A stretch of 62,837 nt of DNA from an archaeon (GTDB lineage Archaea; Nanobdellota; Nanobdellia; SCGC-AAA011-G17; GW2011-AR17). A program made the translations under genes and the position numbers. The notes below the pieces were generated by a model, which had not been told where the DNA came from, searched no databases, and saw only the letters and a program-made list of their open reading frames with translations. Shown one piece after another: positions 9,013 through 19,829 of this stretch (the first letter of the stretch is position 1; every line of letters starts with the position of its first letter). The DNA is taken from contig JABHYY010000004.1 of the NCBI GenBank assembly GCA_018653605.1, forward strand, positions 1 to 62,837. The letters run 5' to 3'.

Positions 9013-9609
9013 ATGAATACAAAAAAATTAGGAATGGCAGGGCTTTTGATTGCCTTGTTAGTGATGTCAAGTGTATCAGTATTTGCATTTGAATCAGTAA
9101 AGACATTAGATACAGACACTATGGTTGATGCAGAACCGGTGTTAATGGAAGGAATGGAGTTTGAAGAAGATTTAAACCCTAGAAAAGAACACACAATTCA
9201 TACTTTAGCTATAAAGGCAATTAATTACTTTATGGAAAGGTTTGGATTAGATGAAAACGATTCCATTGGTGAGTTGTTAGATGCATTAGATGACAGTGTT
9301 GCTGATCTTGAAGAAGATGCAATGGACCATCTTGGTGTAGAGTCTGAAGAAGAGATCAAAGGAGCATTGCTGGAAATCAAAGTAGAAAAGCTAAGAGTGT
9401 TATTAGAACTTGATGAATCTTTAACAGATGAAGAAGTTTTAGAAGCAGCACATGAAGCAAAGATTTCAGAGATTACATCCGCACTAGGTCTTGAAGAAGA
9501 TGCAACACAAGAAGAAGTGAACGCAGCATTAGATGAGTGGAAAGAAGACAACAGGTTTTTGCTGAACACAATGAAACCAAAGTTTAGTTTTTTTAGAGGG
9601 CTTTTTTAA
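9013..9609 (+). CDS. Secreted acidic helical protein
   Basis: Signal peptide, AGGAGG RBS, repeated (F/L)G(L/V)xE segments. Confidence 0.7.
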   Translation: MNTKKLGMAGLLIALLVMSSVSVFAFESVKTLDTDTMVDAEPVLMEGMEFEEDLNPRKEHTIHTLAIKAINYFMERFGLDENDSIGELLDALDDSVADLEEDAMDHLGVESEEEIKGALLEIKVEKLRVLLELDESLTDEEVLEAAHEAKISEITSALGLEEDATQEEVNAALDEWKEDNRFLLNTMKPKFSFFRGLF

Positions 9610-10604
9610 GCCTCTTTTTTTTCTTTTAATTCCATTGCCAGCTCTTGAGGATTTGCATCCTTAACAGCATTAGCAACAACTTCTAACCGATTAAAAAAAG
9701 TATTGTTAGTAACTTTACCAATAATCTCTAACTGTTTACCACCAATGTTCCTTTGTACTTCTTTAAACTTATCAGGATTTTCTTTTAGAACAGTAGCATC
9801 TTCAATATCAAGAACTTTGTTCACATTATCACCAAAACAAACAACTCGAACATTATCAGTACCATCATCAAAGAATATATTTAAGATTGGCTGAGCCTTA
9901 CTTTCAACTTTACCATGTGTAGCACACTCAAACCCTTCTTCACCATAACTCAACTTTTTCTTACAATCAGGACAAGCATCGTAAAACCTTGGCTCAAAGA
10001 TTTGAACAACAGTACCAACCAACTTAACATTGTCATTTTCTTTAATATCTTTAATATCTTTTTTAACACCATCAACTTGACCTAAACCTTTTGCTTCAAT
10101 TGTAACACCACTAGGGTTTATTTCCCAAGAACCTTGAGAACCAAGTTGCAATTCCATAAAACCTCTATTCTCTTTAACATAACCATTCATAATTTTTACA
10201 ATATCGCCTTCTTTTACTTTTTCATCTGCAATTTCTTGAATTTGATTTTCATCCCACAATGTAATTCTACAAGAACCAGTTTCATCACCAATAAACATGT
10301 TAGCCACTCTACCCTTTCTCATCCCAGTATTATATTCTCTAATTTCATACAACTTTAACACTTTCCCAACAATTTCAAATCCCTTTAACATTGGATTTAA
10401 ATCTTTAACTTGAATTTTTCTAGCACTTGCATCATACAACTTAACACCAAGTTCATTTGCAATAATGTGCGCAGCACCTTCTTTAGAAATCAGATCTGAT
10501 AACTGACTTAATTTGTCTTTAATCCTGGATTCAATATCCTCTTTAGTCAATCCTTTCTCTTTTTCAATCATTGATAAAATTTGATCATAAGTCATACTTA
10601 CCAT
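9606..10604 (-). CDS. rpa: Replication protein A large subunit (OB folds + Zn finger)
   Basis: GDETG..R.TLW, Y.ACP.C.KK...C..HG, DDGTD..RVV.F. Confidence 0.85.
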   Translation of the reverse strand: MVSMTYDQILSMIEKEKGLTKEDIESRIKDKLSQLSDLISKEGAAHIIANELGVKLYDASARKIQVKDLNPMLKGFEIVGKVLKLYEIREYNTGMRKGRVANMFIGDETGSCRITLWDENQIQEIADEKVKEGDIVKIMNGYVKENRGFMELQLGSQGSWEINPSGVTIEAKGLGQVDGVKKDIKDIKENDNVKLVGTVVQIFEPRFYDACPDCKKKLSYGEEGFECATHGKVESKAQPILNIFFDDGTDNVRVVCFGDNVNKVLDIEDATVLKENPDKFKEVQRNIGGKQLEIIGKVTNNTFFNRLEVVANAVKDANPQELAMELKEKKEA

Positions 10605-10695
10605 ATTATTTTTCCCCCAAACAAGTTCAGAGATTTCTACTATTTAAACTTTTGTGCTAAATAGAATATAGTTAATAAAAATAAAGAAAAAAAAG

Positions 10696-11607
10696 TTATG
10701 GTTCTAACCAGATTGTTACTGCATCAATTGAATCTTCATAAGCAAATCCATCCAATGTAAACTTAATCTCACTAGGATTACTTCCAAGATTTCCAACATC
10801 AACATCGTAAACTTTACAAGTTATAATCTCTTCTTTGGTATCTCTAGACAATTTTACCTCTTCTGAACACTCAGGTCTATAAGCACCTTCAACACTCAAA
10901 GTAACATATTCTCTATAACCTGTTTCTCTGTACTGGAAACATTCATCAAGATCTTCAACAATAGTACCATCACCAGTGTTTTGAATTGTAACCTTAAACC
11001 TTAGTTCACCTGTATTAGAATCTCTGTCAACATCAACAATCTCTTGTTCAATAGCAGTAATCCTAACACTTGATGGTGGATTAGCACCAGATGGCAAGTT
11101 ATCACCAATTTCTGTTTCATCTTCTGTAAAGTATAAGAACCCTTGTACTTCAACAGGCATTTCATAACAATACTGTCCTTCAATATCTTTTGAAATTTTT
11201 GTATCTATTTCTTTTAGATAAACCAAAGGTCCAATATTAACTTCATCATCATTTGCATTACATGTGTCTTGATCAGCAGCATAAAGATCAGTATTTGTTT
11301 CAACACTAGCACCAGAAAATATAGTATCAATTGCAGCATCTCCAGTTAACCTAACTTTAACTTTGCCTTCAGAAATCTCAGTAGGCATTTTATTTTCTAA
11401 AACAACTTCAATATCAATTTGCTCACCAGGTTGGTAAGTATTTGATTCAGAGCTCATTGGCGCATAATCCGCAAAATAAGCCTCGATCATTTGGTTTTCA
11501 TCACCAAAACAAGAATAATAACCTTCTGTAGTACTTGTTGTTCCACCTTCAGAACAACCAGCTATAGCAAGTAGTAAAAGCATTAATCCAATTAATTTAT
11601 AGTTCAT
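10696..11607 (-). CDS. Secreted acidic beta-rich lipoprotein-like protein
   Basis: IAGC lipobox-like motif; F.V.I.N.G.G strand pattern; similar to neighbours. Confidence 0.7.
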   Translation of the reverse strand: MNYKLIGLMLLLLAIAGCSEGGTTSTTEGYYSCFGDENQMIEAYFADYAPMSSESNTYQPGEQIDIEVVLENKMPTEISEGKVKVRLTGDAAIDTIFSGASVETNTDLYAADQDTCNANDDEVNIGPLVYLKEIDTKISKDIEGQYCYEMPVEVQGFLYFTEDETEIGDNLPSGANPPSSVRITAIEQEIVDVDRDSNTGELRFKVTIQNTGDGTIVEDLDECFQYRETGYREYVTLSVEGAYRPECSEEVKLSRDTKEEIITCKVYDVDVGNLGSNPSEIKFTLDGFAYEDSIDAVTIWLEP

Positions 11608-11658
11608 TTCTAAACCCTCCTTTTAGTTATATAATATGATTATGATTTATTAAAGTTT

Positions 11659-12603
11659 CTATCCGAGTGGCACAACTCTAAACTCTACACTATCCATCCT
11701 AGCATATCCATATTCCAGTTCAAGATAACCTTGACTATAACGATTACTAATCTGATTACCATCTGAATCAGATAATGGAACACCACTAATAATACAAGTT
11801 GTCTGTCCTTCACCATCTTCAACCAAGATATCTGGACATGAAACAGATCCATACAACTCTTCCATGTAAGCATTAACTTTAATGATTGGATCATGTTCAG
11901 CAACAATACTACAATCATAACTAGAAGCATCTTCTTGTGCAATCAACCACTCACTTCTTCCTTCATCAACTTTAACAGCAACATTCAGTTCCAAATCAAC
12001 AGCAGAACCAGTTGGTCTTAAAACTTGATAAATTTCAGTAACAGTAACAGGCCCTTCAGAAGAAACATCCAACACATTACCATAAGCATCACAACCCTCT
12101 TCTTTAACATCACCTTTAATACAAGCTTCAAACAAACCATAAGTTGTATACTCATACTTTGTATAAAAGTTAAGAGTTTGATCCAAAACATTATCATCAA
12201 TCAATGAAGGAGAATAACTTGCAAAGTAAACTCTAGTTTCTCTATAATCACTAGAATCAGGTTCATTAACAACAACACTAAAATCTTGACACTCACAACC
12301 TGAAAAACCAAACACTTCTTGATTCAATCCAGATATACAAGCTGAACCAATAGTAACATCAGCTTCACCGTCATTAGAAATATACAACTCAGGTGCAAAC
12401 TCACTAAACTCATAAACCTCTCTATAATTTTCAGGCAAATTTGGATCTGGATTTAAAATTTCAACATCCAAAGAATCTGAACCAGAATGACAACTATAAG
12501 GACAACCAGTAGCAGTTTCTTCAATAATCTCTCCAGAATTAGTAGCAAAATCACAACCAGCCAACAAAACCAATACTAAAATAAGAAAAACTTTTTTTAC
12601 CAT
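11659..12603 (-). CDS. Secreted acidic beta-rich lipoprotein-like protein
   Basis: LAGC lipobox-like motif; Y.Y.T and SS.GPV.V.EI.Q motifs; several Cys. Confidence 0.7.
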   Translation of the reverse strand: MVKKVFLILVLVLLAGCDFATNSGEIIEETATGCPYSCHSGSDSLDVEILNPDPNLPENYREVYEFSEFAPELYISNDGEADVTIGSACISGLNQEVFGFSGCECQDFSVVVNEPDSSDYRETRVYFASYSPSLIDDNVLDQTLNFYTKYEYTTYGLFEACIKGDVKEEGCDAYGNVLDVSSEGPVTVTEIYQVLRPTGSAVDLELNVAVKVDEGRSEWLIAQEDASSYDCSIVAEHDPIIKVNAYMEELYGSVSCPDILVEDGEGQTTCIISGVPLSDSDGNQISNRYSQGYLELEYGYARMDSVEFRVVPLG

Positions 12604-13880
12604 GAAACTGGCTCAGCCTCCTCTTGTCCTTCCATTCCATAATCTTCAACAGGACTCTCTCCTTCACCTTTAATTTCAATAGCAGTAGTTTCTTCATCTG
12701 TCATATAATAATAATCTAAAGTTACTTCATAATCCAGATCAACATAATCAGCATCACCAAAAATACTCTCTTCAATATTTAACCAACATGAAAACTTTTT
12801 CTCTTCAATCTTAGCACCCCACAAGAAATCCTGATTCAAAATATTTTCATCACCACCAGAACTTAACTTGTAAACATTTTTTCTAGTTTGTTGTCCACTG
12901 TATGTCAAAGGACAAGCAAGACTTGGGTTTTGTGTAAGGTCCTCATCAATTGTAACACCAGAAGGAAGATACAAAGTCATATCAATTAATTCTTCAACAG
13001 AACCACTCCATTCATTCTCTAAAAATAACCCTAAAGTAGGAGTTGAATAATCTCTAACAATAACTGGTTGATCATCTTCATCAATTGTAACACTAACTGG
13101 CTCTCCATTATAATAACTTTTTGTTAAATCTTTATCAATTCCATAAGCAGAAAAAAACTCTCTATCATTTTCATCTAAAAAATCAGAAACATCTTCCTGA
13201 ATAAAATAAACTTTTTGTGTAACATCTTCTGTTGCATAAGGAAAACTAAACCATCCAGCAACAGTATAAACTCCATCCAAGTTAGCAATTATAGAATTAT
13301 CAATCCTACAAAAAACATCAACACCTCTTTTCAACAAAACACTTGTTGAAGGCATAATCTCTCCATATCCCAAAATAGTATCTCCCTCTCTTAGTTCACA
13401 AAAAAACTCAGCTTCTACACCATCAGAATCAATATTATTATAATCAATATCATACTCGAGCAAGAAATAATCTATCCCCGCTGGAACAGAATCACCAGAA
13501 ACACTATCAATTCCATCCAAATCAACTCCTTTTTTAGTACTACTTGAATTAGTTGTTGACCCTCCCCAAATATCTCCTGTTTGTGCTTCACCTAACATTC
13601 CTGAATATAAAGTAAAAGGATTATTTTCCTTAACAAAATCTATTGCATTTTGCACATTAACCTGTCCTTGTGATGAGCTTGCATAATTATAAGCATAGAA
13701 TCCAATTATAGGCAATAAAAGCAAAACAACAATAATAATGAAAACAGTTTTTAGTCCTAATGAAGATTTTTCTTCACTACTACCACCAGAAGATTCTTTA
13801 GGTTTACTAGAAAATAATTTTTTTAATAATCCAGCACCTGCTTTTTTTGCAACACCACCTGCCTGACCTCTTTTATTCAT
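12597..13880 (-). CDS. Membrane-anchored acidic beta-rich surface protein
   Basis: MNKRGQ start, single TM, PV.V and Y.Y motifs. Confidence 0.7.
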   Translation of the reverse strand: MNKRGQAGGVAKKAGAGLLKKLFSSKPKESSGGSSEEKSSLGLKTVFIIIVVLLLLPIIGFYAYNYASSSQGQVNVQNAIDFVKENNPFTLYSGMLGEAQTGDIWGGSTTNSSSTKKGVDLDGIDSVSGDSVPAGIDYFLLEYDIDYNNIDSDGVEAEFFCELREGDTILGYGEIMPSTSVLLKRGVDVFCRIDNSIIANLDGVYTVAGWFSFPYATEDVTQKVYFIQEDVSDFLDENDREFFSAYGIDKDLTKSYYNGEPVSVTIDEDDQPVIVRDYSTPTLGLFLENEWSGSVEELIDMTLYLPSGVTIDEDLTQNPSLACPLTYSGQQTRKNVYKLSSGGDENILNQDFLWGAKIEEKKFSCWLNIEESIFGDADYVDLDYEVTLDYYYMTDEETTAIEIKGEGESPVEDYGMEGQEEAEPVSW

Positions 13881-13926
13881 GGTTTAAATAAATACCTTTT
13901 TATATATATAAATCTTTGCACACAAT

Positions 13927-14529
13927 ATGGAAATTTGCATGGAGGGGATTGTAAGATTATTTTTTGTTGCACTAAAATATTTAATTTCTCATTGGGGCTT
14001 ATTATTAACTTTAATTGTACTTGCTTTTTTAATCCAAAAGGTAAGATTTTTACCAAGTATTCTTGCATTTGTGGTAAACCTGGCAACAGATGCAGTAAAT
14101 TGGATTGTTGAAGGTGTTACAAGTGGTTTAACTGCAGGGACGGGATTTCTTGTTGGTGCTCTTTTAGGATTTATATTAACAGCTGGACCTTCAGTAATAA
14201 TGGGTTTTTTGTGGGTTTCAATAATACTAGGTTCTGCAGCAAATGTTATACTTAGAGTATTAACTATTCCATTTGCATTTATATTTGGTTTTGTTTGGGG
14301 TTATTTTCCTTTACCTCTGCCAATAGAATTTGGAATGGAATCTTTAGGTTCAAAACCTGGACCTTCTAACATTCTTTGTATTGCAGTTATAATAGGTGCA
14401 ATTTTAATCCCTGTAATTTTTGGATTCCTTTTCTGGTTAATTGCTACCACATTCGGACCTTCTGGAGCATTTGCTGCATCAGATTTTTGTACTTGGATAA
14501 ATGATTTATTAGTTATGATTTCATCCTAA
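13927..14529 (+). CDS. Hypothetical multi-TM protein
   Basis: About 5 hydrophobic helices. Confidence 0.65.
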   Translation: MEICMEGIVRLFFVALKYLISHWGLLLTLIVLAFLIQKVRFLPSILAFVVNLATDAVNWIVEGVTSGLTAGTGFLVGALLGFILTAGPSVIMGFLWVSIILGSAANVILRVLTIPFAFIFGFVWGYFPLPLPIEFGMESLGSKPGPSNILCIAVIIGAILIPVIFGFLFWLIATTFGPSGAFAASDFCTWINDLLVMISS

Positions 14530-14565
14530 CTCAAACTAATTATTTGAACATAAACTTCAGTAAAT

Positions 14566-15060
14566 TCAAGAATTAAATTCAAAACTATTTAAGCTAGCTT
14601 CTAAAGTAGCATATTCAGAATCAAAAACACCATCAACACTTTGCAAAGTTACAATAAAACTATTCCCATCATGTACAGCAACAACTCCTTGAGCTAATAA
14701 AGGTTGACCTAAATAATATTCATAAAAAATAGTATAAGCAAATTCACTATCCAAAGTAGTTGTCTGTTCTTGTATTGGATGTGTAGCAACCCACCATTCA
14801 GACCTTTCTAATCTATCTTTTTCATCATCCCAAACTTCTGATAAAGTCAAATCTGTTTCAGTAACTTCAACAGCAATATTTACAAAATCATCACCAGTAC
14901 TCAATAAACTTAGAACTCGACCATCCTCAGCTTCTGCAACTATCCAGCCTTCAGGAACATCAATAGAATACCATTGATTACTATAAACACCATCTTCAGA
15001 AACCTCAGATAGAGCACAACCTGATAATAAAACCAATAAGATTAGCAAAAGCCTTTTCAT
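14566..15060 (-). CDS. PsbP/Mog1-like lipoprotein
   Basis: LSGC lipobox; YSI.VP.GW ... ...SLNSF.F pattern. Confidence 0.6.
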   Translation of the reverse strand: MKRLLLILLVLLSGCALSEVSEDGVYSNQWYSIDVPEGWIVAEAEDGRVLSLLSTGDDFVNIAVEVTETDLTLSEVWDDEKDRLERSEWWVATHPIQEQTTTLDSEFAYTIFYEYYLGQPLLAQGVVAVHDGNSFIVTLQSVDGVFDSEYATLEASLNSFEFNS

Positions 15061-15108
15061 AACAATAATAAAACAAAACTAACTTATAAATTTATCCAAA
15101 TTTTCTAT

Positions 15109-15771
15109 TTAGACAAATGTAGCATTTAATACCTCTTTAATTTCAGAATAGCTAATATACTTTTCTTGTTTAAAATCGCCATTAATTATTAAAGTAGGTA
15201 ATTCAGTAATATTGTAATACAATTCCATAGAATCAATTGCGTTATCTTCAAAATAGGCATTAATTGAAAATACAACCACTGTGTTATTTGCATGACTAAC
15301 AACCTTATCCAACACATACCCTTGAGTTTCTGATTCAGAATCCTCTGGATCAAAGAAAAATAAGATTACATCCTGACTTAAATTACACTTATCATGTAAA
15401 CTATTAAACAAAACATAAGCTCTAATCTCTTGCAAGAAATACTGCCTAGCAAGAAGTTGATACTCTTCATCAGCAAACAAACTTTTTTGTTCATAAGCAA
15501 TAAGATTATTCCCTAATTCAGCTAACTCTTGTGACATTATACTCAATCGGATATCAACATTACCACAACCTTCACCTTCAACACTATCCCAGAATAATTG
15601 TTCAACAACATAACTTTCAGTTTCAAGCTCATTCAATTCTAGTTCAGATATAACATCAGCACTCCTTAAGCCATCTAAGTTATACCCTAACATTAAGCCA
15701 GCAACAAAGATAACAACAGTTATTGCTAAACTAGACAAAAAGATATATCTTGGAATTGTTTGTTTTACCAT
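15109..15771 (-). CDS. Membrane-anchored protein with C-terminal thioredoxin-like fold
   Basis: N-terminal TM, coiled helix, ILFFF...QG.VLD, YNI..LPTLIIN; no CxxC. Confidence 0.6.
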   Translation of the reverse strand: MVKQTIPRYIFLSSLAITVVIFVAGLMLGYNLDGLRSADVISELELNELETESYVVEQLFWDSVEGEGCGNVDIRLSIMSQELAELGNNLIAYEQKSLFADEEYQLLARQYFLQEIRAYVLFNSLHDKCNLSQDVILFFFDPEDSESETQGYVLDKVVSHANNTVVVFSINAYFEDNAIDSMELYYNITELPTLIINGDFKQEKYISYSEIKEVLNATFV

Positions 15772-16997
15772 TTTTTCTTCGCTCTTACTGATTCTTTATA
15801 GATAGCAGTGATCCAATGCATACTCCTTAACAAAGGATATACTGAAATATATAAAGCTAATGCAAAAGGATATTTCCACTTCTCTTTTAAATTTTTATGT
15901 GCTAAATGATAAATAGCAAATGCAATAAAAAAGGAAATTACAATAGGAAAAACAAGATTTATGTCTAGATTAAATATAACTTCCTTCAATGATGGAAACT
16001 CAAATGCAATAATTTCCCATTTAATGATTAAGAATCTTTCAACATAAGATATAATTCTTCTAATCAACTCATAACTCATCATAACAACCAATAAAATAAT
16101 TGTTCCCAAAGTAAGAATGTTGACAGGATACTGAAAAGTACCCATTGAACCATACTCCTTATTCATAAACATCTTTTTGTATTTCACATTATTATAAATA
16201 AAACCTCTAAACCAACGAACTCTTTGATTCCACAAGGACTTGAAAGTATTTGGTACCTTTGTATAAGTAATACTTCCCACAGCAATTCTCACTTTATATC
16301 CAAGACTTTGTAATCTCATTGCCATTTCAAGATCTTCAGTTATGTTTTCTTCATCAAACCCTCCATGTTTATCAAAAATCTTTTTTCTATAGAGGCTAAG
16401 TGCACCAGGAGTAACATGCAAAGTTTCAATTTTAGACATTAAAGTCCTCATAAAAGTAGAAAATATGTACTCTAAGTGTTGAATTTTTTCATAAAGATTT
16501 GTTGGTTTTGTTACTTTGATTGTACTTATTACAGCACCAATTCTTTCACTATCAAATTCAGGTATTATTTCTTTTAAACATTCTTTCAATAAAATTGTAT
16601 CAGCATCAACACACCCAGCAAATTCTCCAGTTGCATGTGCCAAACCTGCATTAAAAGCATGCGCTTTTGTGTGTGAAGATTCATGTTCTTTTTTCACAAG
16701 TTTAATATTCAAATCCTTGTATCTTTTGATTAACCTTTTTGCAACATCCCAAGTATCATCTTTAGAACCATGATCAACTATAATAACTTGGATTTTGTTT
16801 TTAGGATAATCTAAGTTAGCAATAGAATGTATTGTTTTAGGTAATCCCTCTTCTTCATTATGTGCTGGAACAACTAAACTAATAGTAGGAAAATGTTTGA
16901 TTTTACTAACAATTTTATCTTTTTTAAGGATTATATGTAACCAAAATATACCTAAATATAAACCTATAAAAGATGCAACCCATATTACCCATTTCAT
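15765..16997 (-). CDS. Processive GT2 glycosyltransferase (cellulose synthase/IcaA-like)
   Basis: VPAHNEE, DAD, TED, QRVRW (QxxRW); C-terminal TMs. Confidence 0.9.
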   Translation of the reverse strand: MKWVIWVASFIGLYLGIFWLHIILKKDKIVSKIKHFPTISLVVPAHNEEEGLPKTIHSIANLDYPKNKIQVIIVDHGSKDDTWDVAKRLIKRYKDLNIKLVKKEHESSHTKAHAFNAGLAHATGEFAGCVDADTILLKECLKEIIPEFDSERIGAVISTIKVTKPTNLYEKIQHLEYIFSTFMRTLMSKIETLHVTPGALSLYRKKIFDKHGGFDEENITEDLEMAMRLQSLGYKVRIAVGSITYTKVPNTFKSLWNQRVRWFRGFIYNNVKYKKMFMNKEYGSMGTFQYPVNILTLGTIILLVVMMSYELIRRIISYVERFLIIKWEIIAFEFPSLKEVIFNLDINLVFPIVISFFIAFAIYHLAHKNLKEKWKYPFALALYISVYPLLRSMHWITAIYKESVRAKKKW

Positions 16998-18379
16998 TCT
17001 TCTTTAGTAACTTCCCAAATTTCTACTCCTTCTCTATAATAAATCTTATTAAATTGATTTGTATACTCTAAAAGGAATAATAAACCTTGGGTATCATAAT
17101 CCCAAATTTCTTCTTTTAATTCTTCATCTACCCAAACATATTTGATATCATATTTTTCAATAAACAAACTAGCATTTTCAACATCTCTTGTGTAAAAGAA
17201 GTTTGTTGAATCTTCATATCTTTCATTAACTTCTGGAGCAAATTTATATTGAGAATCCATAACATTTGGTTGTCCAGCAGAGTTAATCCAAATACCTCTA
17301 GTATAATCTGAGAACACAACACCTTGTTCTTGTTTTTCTAAGAATTCTAAAGCCTTGACAACCCCTTCATTTGGACCTTCTTCAATTAGATTATTAAATT
17401 GTGCAAGACATGAAAAGGCAACACCACACATAATAATAATTAAAACAAATTTTTTCAAAGTATCATTGTTCCACCTCTTTATTCGAAGCATGTGGTAAAG
17501 ACCATAACCTCCAATAACAACAATAAACAAGTTCAATAAAACTAAAACATCTTGTTTAAGATAACTAAAAATAGAAAGGAATACTAAACTAGCAACAAGA
17601 AATTTATTCTCATATTTATTTTTCCAGCTAACCAATATACCAATTGCAGCAAGAGTAATAACAAAAATACCCAAACCAAAACTACTACCCAAATCAAAAA
17701 CCATTCTTTTGAAAGGATCAAAACTAAAACCTCCAAAACTCCCTGGCCATCCAGCAGAAAAGATAAAATAACCATAGTATAAAATACTAGTTATAACTCC
17801 TAATAATAACAATAAAATAAAATGATTCTGGCTCTTTTTTTCATTATATTGCATATAGAAGAATAATACAATAAGTAAGCTAGCACATAAGATAACATTA
17901 AATAAAGGCAATATTAAAACCAATGGAATAGTCCATAAACTTTTTTTCATAAACAAATAAAATGTTAACAAACAAATGAATAGAGGTAAGAATAAAGCAT
18001 TTGTAAAACTAAATAGATACACAAAACAAGGAGACAACAAAAATAACAACAAACTCATGTTTCTAACCTTTCTACTAATCTCTAATTTTTTCAATATTAA
18101 TCCAAAAATAATAAAACTAAGCAAACCAAATATAAAAGGTAAGAGATAAATAAGAATACTTGGAGCAAAACTCATTGCTAGTGGAACTCCCCAATCATAT
18201 GCAGCAAATCTTCCAGAGTAACTTAAATTATCAGTTAATCCAACGTCTTCTGCTAGTCTCAAAAATAAGAAAGGTTCCTCCCCAACAAAACTATCTCCAT
18301 TCGACCATCTAATAGCTGGAACTATAAGTAACACAATGATACAAGCTAGTATCAATCCAATATTAACATATTTTTTCAT
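16994..18379 (-). CDS. Polytopic membrane protein, GT-C/STT3-like architecture
   Basis: About 11 TMs; C-terminal AL.FL...G.WI...KY.I.YV domain; start moved to MKKYV. Confidence 0.6.
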   Translation of the reverse strand: MKKYVNIGLILACIIVLLIVPAIRWSNGDSFVGEEPFLFLRLAEDVGLTDNLSYSGRFAAYDWGVPLAMSFAPSILIYLLPFIFGLLSFIIFGLILKKLEISRKVRNMSLLLFLLSPCFVYLFSFTNALFLPLFICLLTFYLFMKKSLWTIPLVLILPLFNVILCASLLIVLFFYMQYNEKKSQNHFILLLLLGVITSILYYGYFIFSAGWPGSFGGFSFDPFKRMVFDLGSSFGLGIFVITLAAIGILVSWKNKYENKFLVASLVFLSIFSYLKQDVLVLLNLFIVVIGGYGLYHMLRIKRWNNDTLKKFVLIIIMCGVAFSCLAQFNNLIEEGPNEGVVKALEFLEKQEQGVVFSDYTRGIWINSAGQPNVMDSQYKFAPEVNERYEDSTNFFYTRDVENASLFIEKYDIKYVWVDEELKEEIWDYDTQGLLFLLEYTNQFNKIYYREGVEIWEVTKEE

Positions 18380-19829
18380 AGACTTTTGCTTTTTCATTTT
18401 CATATACCAGTTCAAAACAAGTTTCATCACTCACATAAGTGATTTCTTCAATACCAAACATTTCTTGTGTTTTTTCTGAAAAATAAATATAATCAACTTC
18501 ATACTTACTTAACTCCACACCAGCCTTATACAAAGATTCAGTTGTATAAATTAAATCAATATCATAATACCTATCAGGAGCTAATAAAAATTGAGAGTCA
18601 ATAACATTAGCTCTATTTGCTAACTCTAAAATTAAATTGCCTTCGAAAACATTACCTAAAACAACACTATTTTCAGGGGAATTTTCACTTATCCATGTTA
18701 AAGCATCAACTTCTTCAGATGACACACCATTATCAATAACATCATTTGCATTGATCACTGAAGGAATCATTAATGAAACAACAGTAACAAACATTATAAC
18801 AACAATAACCAATGATGAATACTTAACAACTTTTGTTAATTTAAAATACTCAATTATCTCTTTGATAGTAATAGTTGAAGCAATACAAAGTAAAATAGCT
18901 AAAAACATAACTCCTACTTCATATGGAATCAATCTTAAAATTAATAAAACAATATCTGAAAGTATAACAGCACCCAACAAGTAAATTTCTTTTTTATTCT
19001 CTTTTGAAAGTGCCAAACCCAATCCAACAAACCCTAAAACAATTGGTAAAAAACCAATATTGTAAATTAAACCTATGATATCAAAATCCTTAAAATAATT
19101 AGCATATAACTCTGCAGGGATATTCTGCCACAAAGCACCCAATGCACCGTCTATATATAGATTTTTGAATAAGATCAAATTAATTAAAATAGTCAATAGG
19201 AAGAAGAAAATAATTGATTCAGTCATTTCTTTCCTAATAATTATAGACTCAGCAATAACCAAAATTAAGAAAATTAATAGAGTTAATAGCATCAAAAAAT
19301 TCATTGGATCTAAAAGAACAACTAAGAATGAAAGAATAATAAACATAGGAATCCTTTTTCTAATATCAAAGAAAGTGTATATTAACAAAAGTGTTAGTGG
19401 AACATAAATAGAATACAAAGAAATTTGATTAAGTGTTAAAGCAATATAAGTAGGAATAAATGCAGAGATCAAAGCACCAAAGAGTGCAGCCTTAGTATTC
19501 TTAGTTAAATGTCTAGCTATAATAAACACAAAGAAAACTACAAAACTTGCTAAGAAAGCAGGTATGATTTTATACACCAGCACACTCGGTAAAAGCAGTC
19601 CTAAGAGAGCTAAAAAATAATGCCAAACATGTGTATTCAAAATATAATTCCCTTCATAACTCATCTCATCATATATCAAAGGTTTAAAATTTTCTTCTAT
19701 ATATTCAGAATGTCTTAATTCAAAATAAGCATCATCACTACTATAGTGAGAAACTTGTAAACTAAAAAATAATTGAAACCCTAAACTTACTAAAAATATT
19801 AATAATAATATCAAATATTCTTTTTTCAT
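18363..19829 (-). CDS. Polytopic membrane protein, GT-C/STT3-like architecture
   Basis: DDAYF in first loop; AL.WI.EN....SVV, KY.VDYI; paralog of neighbour; TAATG overlap with scpB. Confidence 0.65.
   Translation of the reverse strand: MKKEYLILLLIFLVSLGFQLFFSLQVSHYSSDDAYFELRHSEYIEENFKPLIYDEMSYEGNYILNTHVWHYFLALLGLLLPSVLVYKIIPAFLASFVVFFVFIIARHLTKNTKAALFGALISAFIPTYIALTLNQISLYSIYVPLTLLLIYTFFDIRKRIPMFIILSFLVVLLDPMNFLMLLTLLIFLILVIAESIIIRKEMTESIIFFFLLTILINLILFKNLYIDGALGALWQNIPAELYANYFKDFDIIGLIYNIGFLPIVLGFVGLGLALSKENKKEIYLLGAVILSDIVLLILRLIPYEVGVMFLAILLCIASTITIKEIIEYFKLTKVVKYSSLVIVVIMFVTVVSLMIPSVINANDVIDNGVSSEEVDALTWISENSPENSVVLGNVFEGNLILELANRANVIDSQFLLAPDRYYDIDLIYTTESLYKAGVELSKYEVDYIYFSEKTQEMFGIEEITYVSDETCFELVYENEKAKVYEKIC

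Noticed and set aside
12597-13880. MNKRGQ as a class III (pilin) signal peptide
   Set aside because: Not immediately followed by a hydrophobic helix, so not called a pilin
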